Shown: positions 45,901-60,146 of the stretch, in pieces
Layout of the letters: each line of letters starts with the position of its first letter
How positions within the stretch are numbered: the stretch's first letter is position 1
Assembly (NCBI GenBank): GCA_973895155.1
Contig: OZ316895.1
Location: 13,627,186 to 13,691,185 of the forward strand
From: Marsupella aquatica
Taxonomy: Eukaryota > Plantae > Marchantiophyta
Reading direction: 5' to 3'
Length of the DNA: 64,000 nucleotides
The notes under the pieces: generated by a model
Database searches by the model: none
Seen by the model: only the letters and a program-made list of their open reading frames with translations
What the model was told of the DNA's origin: nothing
Made by a program: the position numbers and the translations under genes

Positions 45901-48730
45901 CGGGCCTTCCATCTGCTGCATCTGCACTTCTAAAAGAAGCACAACTCAAGCCTTTACCCTCAACCCTTCCCCAAAGTCATGTTGGACACAATCCAGTTCC
46001 TGCTAGTAGCCCACCAGAGGATCACCAATGGCCTGGTGGACGCGTGCCTGGGGGTTTTCTTAATGCATCTTCTAAAACCGCACGAGACGAAGAAGATGGG
46101 AGCAACTGGCAGCAAAGTTATGGCTCTTTGCGGAAGAAAGCTCCAGCCTTCTCGTTGGCATTGACAGGAGGTGCCAAAACTCCGCAGACAGGCCCCGGAT
46201 TCCTGAAGAAAAGCCAGTCATTCAAAGAGCCCAGACACATAGGTGGACGTGGGTTTGAATCGCAGGAGAGTCTCTTGAATGGATCTGGACCTCCAAAAAT
46301 TGTTAACAATGAGATTCCAGAAGCTTCTTTTAAAACTCCTACATCAGCTCGAACTTTACTTCCCTTGAAGCGTAAAGCCGCAGACAAGGATTTGGTCCCA
46401 CTTTCTCCGAACAAGAGGGTTGCTCAGTTTGAGTCTGGGTTTTCTGCTCCAATGTTCACTCCGCCGAATTCTCGCCTGAAAAGTAGTCTAGTGGTCGATG
46501 CTGGTTTCCACCCATCCCCAAGTACGACTGCCTTGGGACAAAATGACATGATAGCAAAGAGTGACGAAGCCCTTGAGAAGACTGATGCTACTGGCCCTCT
46601 GCACGTCGAACCTTCAAACAGTGCTGACGTTCAATTGTCACCTTGTCCTTCATTCTACACTCGTTACCAAGGCACTCCCTTGCCATTGCAAGTTCCGCTG
46701 TCTGGCTTGTCTGCTGAGTCGCGTGTCTGCCCAACAGAGCATGCAACACTTGACTCTTTGGTTGTGCAATACCTTAAGCATCAGCACAGACAATGCCCGG
46801 CTCCAATTACAACTCTTCCTCCTCTCTCATTATTGCACCCTCATATGTGTCCAGAGCCGAGCAGGACTTTGGACGCGCCCTTGAACACTACCGTCAGGCT
46901 TGCCTCCAGAGAAATGAGAGCTCCGTTCGGTGGTGCACATGGGCGACGCCATGACCGTCATTTTGTTTACAGTCGCTTCCGTCCTTGGCGGACTTGTCGA
47001 GATGACGCTGTGATTCTTACTGCCACCACGTTCCTAGGACATGCTTCTTGTTTAGCTGCAGGCAGTCATGCAGGGGATATCCGCTTGTTTGACTCGGGTA
47101 CCGGGAACATTTTGGAAGTTCACATTTGCCATCCTTCCCCCATTACGCTCTTGCAGTCTGCTCCCAGGGAAATAGGCTTTGGCGGAGAAGGGCTGACGAC
47201 AAGCACTGGACAACTGTTATTGTCCTCAGCTAGTTATGATGCTCGCCTTTGGGACTCTTCTATGATGGTCAATGGAGCATTGCACACATTTGACGGCTGC
47301 AGGGCTGCTCGTTTCAACCACAGTGGCAGTAGGTTTGGAGCTGTTGGATTGGAGTCATCTCAGAAAGAGGTCTTGCTGTATGATGTGAGCACCTGCAAAC
47401 TGGAGCAAAGGTTGTCAGATAGTTCTTCATTGACTTCAGGACAGCCTCGTGGTCATACTCAGGCCATGGTCCACTTTAGTCCTTCTGATGTCTTGGTTCT
47501 TTGGAGTGGTGTGCTCTGGGATCACCGGATACCCCGTGCAATCCATCGCTTTGATCAGTTCAGTGACTATGGTGGCGGTGGCTTTCACCCTGCTGGGAAC
47601 GAGGTAAGCCCTTCCACCCGTTCTGTAAGATGTGTCAAGTGGAGGGCGACTTACAACCTGTTGTCAAGTGCAGTATGAAGCGTCAAAATCTAAGTTTCAC
47701 GTTCATATTTTGCAGCAGAGATACTTGGTGACGAGGGTGGTGGTTTCTGTCTCTTGGGTTCCATCGTTCTAGTTAAATCAGTGCTGCTTGAGTGTGGTCT
47801 GATGAGAATCAATCATTGGACAGACTTGGATGGATTTTTTGTTTTCCTGTGTTGTTCACATTTCAAACATGTAAAACTCGTGGTTTCTTTCCAGATCTCG
47901 TCTTAATTTTCAAGTTGATGCTGCATGTAGCCGAGCTATTCTGTATAGGACAGTATGCTGAAGGAGATCTGTCAGTAATGCTTTGATTTACGTACTTGTT
48001 GCAGATTATCATCAACTCTGAGGTCTGGGACATGCGAACGTTTAAGCTGTTACGTAGTGTACCTTCCTTGGACCAGACAACCATCACTTTCAATGCTACA
48101 GGTGATGTGATTTATGCGACGCTTCGTCGGAACTCGGATGAAATAATGGCAGCCCTGAACCCTCGTCGCGTACGTCATCCACTGTTTGCGGCATTCAGGA
48201 CAATGGATGCTGTTGATTACTCAGACATCGCAACAACACCCGTCGATCGCTGTGTGCTAGATTTGGCAACCGAGCCAACAGATTCCTTCATAGCTGTGGT
48301 CTCAATGGATAGCAATGAGGAGATGGATTCATTTGCAAGACTTTATGAAGTTGGAAGACGTCGTCCAACAGATGATGATTCTGATCCAGATGATGCGTCA
48401 GAAGAGGAACAGAGCGATGAAGAGGATGATGATGACGACGACGAGGATGATTTACGGGTTGGTGATGACTCTGACTTGGATCTAACTGGTAATGACGACG
48501 ACGATCAAAGTCTGGATGACGACGATGATGACATGGACGATGACGCAGACTTGGATTTTGGCGACACAAGTGATGATGATGGTAGTGATGATGGACTTGG
48601 TGGGAGTATCATGGAACTCCTTTCAGACGGAGAGGATGGTCCAACGAGAAGGACTTTCAGCAGTGATGACGGGTCGGGAGAAGAGTACGGGGATGATGTT
48701 TTCGATGAAATTTTACACGGTTTTCTATAA
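39963..48730 (+). CDS. DCAF1: DDB1- and CUL4-associated factor 1 (VprBP homolog), ~14 exons
   Basis: ARM-like region (ICALAAHRKFASLFVDRGG), LisH (ELLQLIHEHLVASGL...LLKEA), LDSLVVQYLKHQHRQCPAP, WD40 with WDHR/WDMR, D/E-rich tail. Approximate exons 39963-40216, 40622-40703, 40904-41021, 41172-41368, 41500-42467, 42610-42713, 42824-43256, 43456-44058, 44177-44359, 44517-45080, 45223-45354, 45592-45710, 45862-47603, 48005-48730. Confidence 0.96.
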
Positions 48731-51482
48731 AAGGAATCCGGTCCAGGGAGGTGGGTCAAACTTGGTCCGGACTGCTCACTATGTACGTGCTGCAGGAAGG
48801 TCGTGGCCAAGCCCACAGTCCGAACTCGACGGCTGTAATTTAGGTGCGTTATTTCGGTGGACAATCTGTGGTTGGATTTTCTGTTTCCATCACGGTTGCC
48901 AGTCGAGTTGTAATTGGTCTAGTAGTTTTGTCTAGAAAGTAATTTTCTTTGAAGGTGTTCCTCAAACCGTCTTAGACGGCACAGAAATGGTGTTTCTGCT
49001 GTTCGTGACCGCCTTTGTGTGGTAGTCGATGGTCAATGATTGGCTGTTCTTGTTGATGTGGGCTTGTGTGTCGGTTTGAAATGTTGATGGGTTCTCTTTG
49101 ACCATCGTTTCCTGATGATGTAGTGATGCTTTAACGCGGAAACTGTGGTCTGGGCATCTACTAACAAGTACTGTTTACTGGTGCGTCGTTCTGTTCCAAT
49201 GCAGATATTGGAGTTTTACCTCGTCTATGAACAAGCCTTTCCAGTTACATCAAGGGTTGAGTTCTATCTGATAGTTGTTTTGAAATTTTGAGACCCTCCG
49301 GGACGTCTAAGAAGGTCCTCATGGGGTACAATCCACTTGAAACCTGGGGTTGATACAGACCAATTGAATTGGTTAATAAGTTTTCCCCCTTCCTACGGCA
49401 AAAGGCACTTTTGTCGGTCATTTGTAAGAAAATAAAAAATGTAATGTTGAACTGAGTCTCACGTTGTCTACGGAGACTATCCCGTCTTTATTATCTAGTT
49501 GAGGATTCACATTATCCTCTTGGCTCTTCAGGTATGTCTCGTTTCTACACTGAATTCTTCCAGATCTTTAGTCTGGGTTGGATCATGTGAGTATCGGGCA
49601 GATTAATAAATTTTGTCAGCAGAGGATCGAATTGATGGTTCTGCTGTTCTTGAGCGCGGTTGAATGAAATCTCCCTACTACGTACGCTCTGAGTATTATC
49701 CCATTCCATGAAAAGCGTAAGCATTTTCCAGAATGACTGCATGATTTGAAAGCGCCACTGTGGAGAAGATGACCGTATCTAAATCAGGTGTAGTCCACTT
49801 CAGTCGATTAAGGTAGTTTGTCCACATTGAAACACAACTGAGGTCGAGGAACCCACGTCGGTTAATTGCTGTAACATATATGGCGTGGAGGAAATAAAGC
49901 TGGATTCCCATCAGGAAGGAATTTGGTTCTTGACCAACAGCATGGACGCTTTCTTAGATGATCCGACTGTTTGGCAATGTACAGGACTTCACTTTAAATG
50001 CGTTGTGCAGTTTCAACTTATGTTTCGTTTTGGTCTGAGGAATTAGTTAGTAAATCTGTAGACACAGCCAGAAATTTTGTAAGATTCTTAAACAGAGGGT
50101 CTCATGACTTCACACAATGTGAGTTTTCTTGTTGATTGTTCTAGTGACCTTCTGGATCCTGCGGACACCACACTCTCCATTGTGGTTAAAGTGTATTGGA
50201 TAGATGAAGGGTCTTGACATTCCAGGGCGAGGTTCGTCCACGAGACGGGCTTAAGTCATCCTGCTGGTCTGGTGGAGAAATCTGGTTCTGTTCAGCTCTC
50301 CAAATTCTGAAGGACAAGAGTCAGTTTAACCGGTGGATCCTGAGTCTGCAGGTTGTTCTCTTGGTCGACAACATTTTCCTGTCTTTTAAAGTATTCATTT
50401 CTGTTCGTATATTTCTGACATCTAGACCACTACTGTACCTCCTCTAGTGTCTCGCCTTCGAGGATAATGTGAGACGGTTAGGTTGTCTACATGGAATGGC
50501 ATCCTGTGACTTCTATCGTTGGGGGGTGGGGGGTTAAAGTGGGTTTTATCTATTTCTGGTAAGATCCCCTATATTGTAAGAAGGGATTACTCACGTATCC
50601 ACTTCTCCTATCTCGTCAATATATGGTACAGATTTTGAGTTGGTATGACGCCCTGGAACAAATGTCAAATTGTCTTGGTAAGTCCACATCTCAAAACGAA
50701 GAGGAAGTCATTATTACTTACAACCCTTTCGGAAGCTTTAGGTAGGATCTCAATGACAACTTCCCGGCCATGAGTCATTCTGATTGTATTACAGTTAAGA
50801 CGAGCTGAACCTGTATTAATGCATGACATTGTGAAGCACACCTCTCAGGAATTGGAGTGGAATTTAGGATTTGCAATGTCAATGCCATCAACTGATATTC
50901 CACTAGGGAAGACTACTGTAATTCAAACCATCTCCGTGACATCCAAAATGTTTTTCTCTGCACGACGGTGGAAGACGTAAAGACATGATTTGCAGGGTTA
51001 AGATATAGAGACAGCAGATGCAGAAATCTGAGATTGCCGACACCAAAAACCATTCCCATGATTGTGCACTTCTCTCAACTTCTCAAGACGTGATGCTTCT
51101 AATAATGAGCTGGCGGGAACTTCTTGTTCTGCACTGGAATTGCCCTGCTTCCACTCCTGTCTTCCAACCGTCATCCATTTTGATGTTTGGACAGGATGAC
51201 ATCTCCGATTTACTTTGAAGTGTGGCCTGAGAACCAGCAGCAACACCAGATGAGGTTATTTAATATGATTTTGCTCTGCATCCATTCCACATTTCCGAGG
51301 AAGGGCCTCGTTTCCAACGTTCTACTCGTGGTGCCGGCAATTGAGCGTCCGTGAAGTATGGCAGGAGACTCAGCAAAAGAGAGTTACCGTCCCAGACTCC
51401 GAGTCCTGTGAAGTTGGACGTATGGACGACCAAAGCTGGCGTCACTTATCTAGTAAGCTCAGCGAGCCCGAGCTGCCCACGC

Positions 51483-51564
51483 TGATTGTTTTCGGGCCAC
51501 AAAAATGCATTTGCGTGAAATCATGATTGTTTTCGGGCCACAAAAATGCATTTGCATGAAATCA
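51483..51564. repeat. ~40-bp tandem duplication
   Basis: TGATTGTTTTCGGGCCACAAAAATGCATTTGC twice. Confidence 0.85.
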
Positions 51565-52057
51565 ATGCTCTCTGCACCTCAGGAAAGACTGAGGTACTAA
51601 TTCTCATTGGATTGGGGTGAGACAAAAGTGCGGCACCAATCTGAGGGTTGTGGCCGCCACTTCATCGTTGCATAGTAAAACCCTTGAGGAGGGCATTGTG
51701 CTGGATAACTCCACAGTTGCTAGTGTGACAAAAGAATCTCTGCTATTCCCTTTCATCTTTTCCCCTAACTTGAAGCCCGGACATGAACCATGGGACCCTT
51801 GTGGACTATACACTGTGTGACAGTAAAGGATACTCACTAAAGAGGAGTTACAGGTCCATTTGGGGTGACTCGGGATGTATGAGATTCAGTCAGTGGTCAG
51901 TAGTACCTGCATCAGTCCATCTTGCTCTGTACCAGTGGCAGAGGTCTCACACTTTCCCATCGCAACTAATCATAACCTCAACGCTCCCCATCGCAGCTAA
52001 TCGTAAGAAAATTGTGGTCCGTCGCAATTGCACCTTATCGCAAGCCATAGGACACCA

Positions 52058-52145
52058 CTAAAATTCACTCACATGATACTACAACAGCTGTAATACCCCC
52101 TTCTAAAATTCACTCACATGATACTACAACAGCTGTAATACCCCC
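52058..52145. repeat. 45-bp tandem duplication
   Basis: CTAAAATTCACTCACATGATACTACAACAGCTGTAATACCCCC twice. Confidence 0.85.
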
Positions 52146-52364
52146 TACAGCCGGTTTGTGAGGAGTTACAGGTCACCCTTGATACGGAAGATTAGTGTAA
52201 AATGTGTCACCAAGCCCAGAAGTTTTGCAAAGGTCCATCCGAGTTTTAAATGTCCAGAGGAGCATTTAATCAAACTTGAAGGTCCATCTGGGCTTCAATC
52301 CCCCTCCCTGTTTTTGGTATGCATTTTATTTTCAAGTTTGTTCTCATAGTTTTGTCGTTCCGGT

Positions 52365-52561
52365 CTAAAGGTTTCACTCTAGAAATCTAGATCCCAATTC
52401 TAGCTCCTGTTTGTGAATAGTTATATAGATTGTTGCTGGTCTAGAGACTTCACTCTAGAAATCTAGATCTCAACTCTAACTTATGTGTGCAAATAGTTAT
52501 AGAGTGAAGTCTAGATCTCAACTCTAGCTTATGTGTGCAAATAGTTATATAGATTGTTGCT
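52365..52561. repeat. Short degenerate tandem and inverted repeat cluster
   Basis: TCTAGATC...AATAGTTATA units three times, with ACTTCACTCTA/TAGAGTGAAGT inverted. Confidence 0.7.
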
Positions 52562-53312
52562 CTTTGAAGGGACATTGTCTTTGTGAGAGGGCTTTAGTAC
52601 ATGGAAATGGCCTGGCCTGGTTCTTGGTTCTTGCCACATTTCACTCATCTGGGTAATGTATACTAGATGAGAAATAAAGTTTGCCGCAGTTCATCATGGT
52701 TGCAAAACTCTATTCGAGCCCTTTGGCAAATGTGGAGGTTCATCCTGGCTTCAATTTCTAGTATATTGGCATTGCCTAATTACCTTGAACAAAAAATGAT
52801 TAATATTTCATGTTGTACCCAGATGACACCTTGTATTTATGGTGGCTTTGTCCTTCAAGTAAACACAATTAATGTTAAGGCAGTAATAATGAATCCCAGC
52901 TGAGCAGATACCTATACTTGTTGAGCCCGGCCTTACATGTCACAGGAGAATCTTGTTTCCCATAAAGCAATCTGACAGGCTATTGAATGCACATTGATGC
53001 CAAAATACTCTCCCAAAAAAACCTTTTGTGGGCTGGAGGAAATATTCCAAACAACTTCTGCAAGGCAAGGCTAGGGTGTCCCATAATGCCCACATATTGT
53101 CCAAACCTATGGAAGGATGTCTGTAATCTGGTGCCAAGAGCTTCTTTGACATGTCCTACTAGTTCACTGATCTGGAAGCTAGCAATTCTGATTCATCTGC
53201 ATATAATTTGTGATCTAGATCTGCCATTAATGAGCTACTATATAGTGAAGTCATAGGCCCTAATTTCTCTGATAAAAGAAGAATTTGATATGTAAACTAT
53301 GCTTGTGAATAG

Positions 53313-53656
53313 TGTTGAGCGTAGACGACATTTGTAACGGCAAGCTCATGAACCATCCAACGCACAATAGTCGACACAGAGAGATACGTGGTTCACCTCC
53401 ACATGAGACTACGTCCACGGGAACACACAAGAGCTTTACTGCACTCTAGGCCGACCGGCCATACCAAGCATCCATAGCACAAGCTCTCCCTATCTCTCAA
53501 CTAGCTCCGTAACAATGAGCCTAAGTTCCACCAGGGTCTGGCATCAGCCCTGGCTTTATGCACAACAGCACTAGTGCTAACATTAGCTAAGTCCTAACCC
53601 GAGTTAGACTAATTGTGGTTAGCTCATGAGTCACAAGACTAGAGCAATATCTAACA
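53313..53656 (-). repeat. copia 3' LTR
   Basis: Seven transitions versus 59803-60146 by eye (~98% identical). Confidence 0.95.
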
Positions 53657-53863
53657 AACTCCCCCTTGACCCTTGTCTTGGGGACTGGACTAAATGCTAC
53701 CATATGGAATCCTCAACAGGAAGTTCTAGACAATCACCAAACCAGGTCTCCCCCTAAAAACCACAAGGGTTAACTAAGGGTTAACTAGAACTAAGCCGTA
53801 GCCTAACAGGAATGAGTAATCCATATACAAATAGTCACACATTGCTAAATAACTCTACTTGCA

Positions 53864-56800
53864 CTACAATTGCAAAACTTGCAAAGTAGCACGGTGTCTT
53901 GAGAAACTCTCCAAAGGAATCACTTTGGTAAAGGCATCAGCGGGATTGAGCTTTCCATCAATCTTAACTAGCTCAAAAGTTTTATCAGACACTGCTTGCC
54001 TGATAAAATGGTACCTAATATCAATGTGTTTCACCCTGCTATCCATCACCTGGTTAGCAGCCAAGTGAAGAGCACTCTAACTATCACAGTTTAGAGTCAT
54101 TTTGCCATGCTCTAAACCCATCTCCGCGATCAACTTGTCCAACCAAATTGCTTCCTTTGCTGCTTCTGCTGCTGCAACATACTCTGCTTCTGTAGTAGAT
54201 TGAGATATACACTTCTGCAAGGTAGATTTCCAACTGATACATCCTCCTCCAAGAGTGTATACGAATCCAGTTGTAGACCTCCTTGTGTCCAGACAGCCTT
54301 CATAGTCAAAATCTACATAGCCAACTAACTTTCTATCTGATCTGTTATCAAATAGTAATCCATAGTCCTGTGTTCCCTTCACATACCTGAGAATCCATTT
54401 CACAGCTTCCTAGTGTACCTTTCCTGGATTTGACATGAATCTGCTAACCTTGCCCATCGCTAGGGCCAAGTCAGGCCTAGTACAAGTCATCAAATACATT
54501 AGACTGCCTACTGCCTTCTCATAAGGAATCTTAGCCATCAGACCTTTCTCCACAGCATCTGTAGGAGAGAAAGCCGATGATAACTTGAAATGTGAAGCTA
54601 AAAGAATACTCACTGGCTTACAATTCTCCATGTTGAATCGTGCAAGTACTTTCCTCGCATACTGGCCTTGACTCAAGCACAACTGTCCAGTCCCAGAGTT
54701 CCTAAAAATCTCCATCCCTAAGATCCTCTTGGCCTTACCAAGATCCTTCATCCTGAATTCAACACTCAATTTCGCCTTGAGACTATCAACCTCAAATTGA
54801 TCTTTAGCCACAATCAACATGTCATCCACATAGATCACCATAATGATGAAACCAAATATATCATTCTTGACTGATTTTGTATACACACAAGGATCATAAA
54901 CCATCCTTGTAAAACCTTGAGCAAACATGAAATCATCAAACCGCTTGTTCCACTGTTTGGGAGATTGCTTCAATCCATACAAGGACTTGAGCAATCTGCA
55001 AACTAAGTTTTCTTGGCCCTTCTTCATAAAGCCTAGTGGCTGTCTCATGAAGATCATCTCTTCCAAGTTGCCATAGAGAAAAGCAGTAACAACATCCATC
55101 TGATCCATCACCAGACCAAAAAACACAACAAGCTAACACAAGATCCAAATTATGGAATACTTAGCCACCGTGAAAAGACCTCATTGTAATCCACTCCTTT
55201 CTCCTGAGTGAACCCCTTGGCAACAAGCCTTGCCTTGTAGATCTTATCTCCACCCTCCGAAGGACTGTCCTTCAACTTGTAAATCCACTTGCTGACCTCT
55301 TGGAAGCTCCACCAGCTCCCATGTCTTGTTGTCACTCAAAGATTGCAACTCCCTCTGCATTGTTGCATTCCACTCATGCTTATGCTCTGAAGCACAAGTC
55401 TCACTATACGAAGAAGGCTCTCCTTCTTCCAAGATCAAAGTCATGTCATCATCATCAGGTGCAATGTCAATATCATCTAGCTTAGATGAGTTTGCCCATT
55501 GACCATACCTGGTAGGAGCTCTAGTAGAACGACTGGAAGTTCTTCTAGTAGATGACTCAGGCTAATCTGCTGCTGCTGCTGGTTGAATTTGAGGTACCCC
55601 AACAACAATCTGCTCCTCTTGTTCCATCACAGGAACCAGATCCAAGCCCGGAGCTTCTCGATCTCTCCTGTCATGAACAACATCATGACTAATCTCCCCC
55701 TCAACCCCGTCCGGGATGGGAGATTTCCCTTTGTCAGTATGGGAGTCCTGAGAACTCTCCCCCTCCTTTGATGATCTGGACTCATTAAAGGACACATCTC
55801 TACTAACAATTAGCTTACAGGTTACTGGATCTCATAACCTATAACCCTTCACACCTTTCTAATAGCCAAGGAAAATGCACTTCTTCAACTTGGACTCCAG
55901 CTTGGATCGAAGCTGGGAAGGTGTAAGCACATAAGCATCACATCCAAAAATCCTCAGATGTGAATAATCTGCTGGACGCCCATACCTCATTTCAAATGGC
56001 GTCTTGAATGCAATAGAACTGGATGGAGAAAAATTTACCAAATAAGCTGCAATGTTGACAGCTTCAGCCCAAAACTCATGTGGTAAGCATGATTGACTCA
56101 ACATACTCCTCGAGCGGTCCAATAGTGTTTGGTTGAGTCTCTCAGAAACACCATTCTGCTGAGGAGTATAACTTGTTGTGAGATGGCGGGTAATCCCCTA
56201 CTCCTTACAATACATTCCAAATTCCCGGGAACTGTATTCATCGCCGTTATCCGATCGAAGATATCTCACCTTGTTACCAGTCTGATTCTCAACTTGGGCT
56301 TTCCACTCCTTAAAAATGGCAAAAACATCAGACTTACTGTGTAAAAAGTAGATCCACACATACCTTGAGTAATCGTCTATGAACGAGACATAGTAAAATC
56401 GTCCAGAATGTGAGGGAGTAGGGGCTGGACCCCACACATCACTATGTACATACTCAAGTACCTCCTTGCTGGTGTGAGCTCCAACTCCAAAGGGTTTCCT
56501 GTGCTGCTTCCCAAGCACACAGTGCTCACAAAATTCCAACTTACAAGACTGCAAATTAGAAAGTAATCCTTTTTTCCGAAGAATAGCCAAACCTTTTTCA
56601 CTCATGTGGCCCAAACGAAAGTGCCACAGCCGGGCGGTCTCCTCATGAGATAAGGTTACATTGGCTTCATCACAAACTACACTGTCCTCCAAAATGTATA
56701 GATTGCTATGTCTCTTTCCCTTCAATACAACTTTAGTACCAGTTGAAACCTGAAGGACACCATTAGCAGAGCTCCACTGATGGCCATTTGCTTCTGAAAC

Positions 56801-58137
56801 TCCAAGTGAAATGAGATTTTTCATCATGCTGGGAATATGTCTCACATTCCTCACCGTTCTCACAACACCATCAAACATCTGAAATCTAACAGATCCAAGT
56901 CCAACAACTTGACATGGGATTCCATTTCCCATCAACACTGACCCGTTAAACCGTGTAAGAACTGAAAAATCTCTCCTAGAGCAAATGTGAAAAGTACATG
57001 CACTATGTAGAATCCAGTCATCACTACCTGGATTTGACACTACGTTGAGAGCATAACCTTGGCATCACAATATGTCATCATCATCGAGTAAATCTACCTC
57101 ATGCGAACTCGATGCCGCGTTAGTAGATGCAGTAGGAACCTTTACCTCGACCTTTACTCGACAATACATTTTCATGTGGCCAGGCTTGCCACAATTCCAA
57201 CATGAAAGAGGCTTCCTCTCTTGCGATTTCCCTCTGGATTTAGATCTCCCCCGTGATGTAGATCTAAACCTGTTCTGCACATGCGTGCGCTACGCTGCTC
57301 TCCCACGATTCACATTCAGCGCAGTGCCAGAAGAAGATGCTGTCTGTGATTGACCCAACTTCTTTTGAGCATCATCAGACAGTAAAGAGCTCACCACCTC
57401 ATTATACGAAATGGACTTCAGATTTCTATACAAGAGCACCTGTTTCAAGCCCTGATATGACGGCGGTAAGGAGCTTAGCAGAAGCAAGGCCTTATCCTCA
57501 TCTTCAACTCATTTTCCCAGGTTTGACAGATCCACCGCTCGACTGTCAAACTCATCCAAATGATCCTACATTTTGCTCCCTTGAGCCTGAGGCTCATCAA
57601 GAGAGACTTCTTGTACAGCTGGTCTGACGCATCTTCCCGGTAGTACTTCTCTCTTAGAGCCTTGAATAGTGATGCGCAATCCGCATAATCATCCAGTTGC
57701 TTGATGATGTGCGGCTTGAGATATAGCATCACTGCGTTGACAACAATCACTTGCTCCTGTCTCCACTATCTCACAGAAATCTCCTCCTCTCCATCATACT
57801 GCTCTCGCGATGAAAGCAGATGAGCTAAGCCCATGGCCCGTAGAACACCCTTCACTTGCTTCTCCCACAGCAAGTAGTCAGTACGACCATTGTACTTCTC
57901 CACCTCAAACTTCACTCCTCCAAATCTAGCCCTCTCCCTCTTCTTCCCCACTACCGACAACTCTGGTAGTAGAACAGCTTCCTCCATTGCACGTCGCACC
58001 GGTGATTGTACCGGTGTCACTAGTTCCTCCTCAAACGGTAGCAACTCCTCCTCAGACTCTCTATCTGACCGTCGTGATCTTGAAGCTCCACCAACACCAA
58101 TTCTTCCAGTATCCTCCGAGTCACTCATATGAAACAA
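53864..58137 (-). pseudogene. copia gag-pol with many stops and frameshifts
   Basis: KFEVEKYNG, CWNCGKPGHMKMYC, WILHSAC (protease Asp lost), HFRLGH...CEHC, HSDVWGP, YKARLVAKGF, YVDDML, STTEAEY, KHIDIRYHFIR. Confidence 0.95.
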
Positions 58138-59802
58138 TCACGAAAAACCATTTTTTTTCGAAAATTCTCACCAAACTCAAAACTCAACACCGTCGCGTAG
58201 CCCACAAAGCTAGGAGTCCAATACTGAAAGCCGAAATCAAAATCAAAATTTGACGAAAAAGTTATTCAAATTTTGGTCGGGGTGGGTAAAACCTTGGGAA
58301 ACTCCCCCGTTTTGACTACCTTGGAGAATAACCGAAATACCAAGTATAACCCGTCGTTGGAATCGCGATGTGATCGGTGCGCCGCGTTGCTAACTCCAGT
58401 GGCAACGTCCTCACCAAAAAAGAACCAAAAAAGTTACCATTCGGCGAACAGAATCTTTGTCGGACGGCCAAAAAACAGCTCTATGTTTTTTGGGAATATT
58501 CCCGCACAGTCCGACAGGACTCACAGGGGGCCGTTCCCCTGGTGGAGCAGTTAAAACGGAGGGCGGCAGGTCCTGTTTCCAAGTAAAACAAGAAAAAAGG
58601 AAAAAAGGTTAAAAATGGGCCCTAAAGGGGGTCCATAGTGTCCCTTAAAAACAAAATACACCCCGTATGGGGTCGGGGATCCAAATGATGATTATAGGGC
58701 GCGTACCCGAGCGGCTGCGTACGCAGCCGCATACACCTGAAAAAAGGGGGCCGGGCCGAGAATAAGCACCGGCGTGCAGGGCAGGGCAAAGGGGTCGCAA
58801 GGCAGGGCGCTCGTGGAGGCGCGAAGGGCCGCGAAGAGTTGGCCGAAGGGAGGAATGCCCGAAAATTTTTCCCCCCTTTAAGTGTAAACACAAAAAAATT
58901 GCACTATAGTTCGCAGTCGTGTTCGTTCAAACCGGGCGTTGGGTCAGGACGGCTACCATTGCGCCGGCCGGCGCTGCGTAGCCGGTAGCGACACTTGAGA
59001 GCACGGGAATTGAATGGCGGGGTATGAGGCGGCCGAGTGTGTATACACACTTTGTGTGTATTCACACGAAAAGTTCACACTATAGTAACCTTAAAAACAA
59101 AATACCACCCAAAGCAAAAAATGACACTCTTGCCTTGCCGTTTGCTTGAGGAGAGTGACCACCGCCGATAGGTAAAGTTGATGAATTGTGCTGGTACAGT
59201 CTGCAGCCCCAGCTCAGTAAAAAATTTCCGCCGCATCGTGTTCACTCCACGTCAAGTGCCAATCCCGGGCTCAAAACGTCCGCCTCGCCGCGATCAAACC
59301 GTTGAGCCGTAGCACTTTGCGTTTCTTCCACCGAGTTGGACGTCACAAAGAGAAACCCGGTTCAGATGAGAACAAGTTCCATAGCTTGTGAAAAAACCTG
59401 AATGCCTTTGTCACTCCTCACGTCGCAGTCGGTAACAACTCGACACCAATCCAGCTACCGAAACGACCAGCTCGCTTCAACCTTCAACTTGAGCTATAAT
59501 GTGCAATCCCCCGAACACCGCACAGCTCACACTGTTGAAAATTTTGAACTATGGTCTCTCCCCCGAAAAGCCATCAAACACGAATAAAACCTGAACGACA
59601 CAAACTTCGATTCCTCCGCACCAAGGATACCGATCAGCGAGTTCTAACCACTGTTAGAACGCCCTCTCACTAACCTATTTGCTCAGCCCACACATTCAAG
59701 TTTCATGCGACAAAACTTCGAATATACCATCGATAGTGAACGTTGGAAAAAAACCTGTCACAAAAAAACCTCGTCACCTCCCAGACATGCTCTGATACCA
59801 CT

Positions 59803-60146
59803 TGTTGAGCATAGACGACATTTGTAACAGCAAGCCCATGAACCATCCAACGCACAATAGTCGACACAGAGAGATACGTGGTTCACCTCCACATGAGGCT
59901 ACGTCCACGGGAACACACAAGAGCTTTACTGCACTCTAGGCCGACCGGCCATACCAAGCATCCACAGCACAAGCTCTCCCTATCTCTCAACTAGCTCCGT
60001 AACAATGAGCCTAAGTTCCACCAGGGTCTGGCATCAGCCCTGGCTTTATGCACAACAGCACTAGCGCTAACATTAGCTAAGTCCTAACCCGAGTTAGACT
60101 AACTGTGGTTAGCTCATGAGTCACAAGACTAGAGCAATATCTAACA
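59803..60146 (-). repeat. copia 5' LTR
   Basis: Adjacent to the iMet PBS and the TSD. Confidence 0.95.

Larger units (their letters stand above)
53313..60146 (-). mobile_element. Full-length decayed Ty1/copia LTR retrotransposon (Tnt1/Tork-like)
   Basis: 344-bp TG...CA LTRs, 5-bp TSD AATAG (53308-53312, 60147-60151), PBS TGGTATCAGAGC (tRNA-iMet, 59789-59800), PPT AAGGGGGAG next to 53657, order gag-PR-INT-RT-RH. Confidence 0.97.

Noticed and set aside
49400-53300. Short ORFs, possibly an old LINE or other TE remnant, continuing at 60150-60600
   Set aside because: No diagnostic RT, endonuclease or transposase motif could be read.
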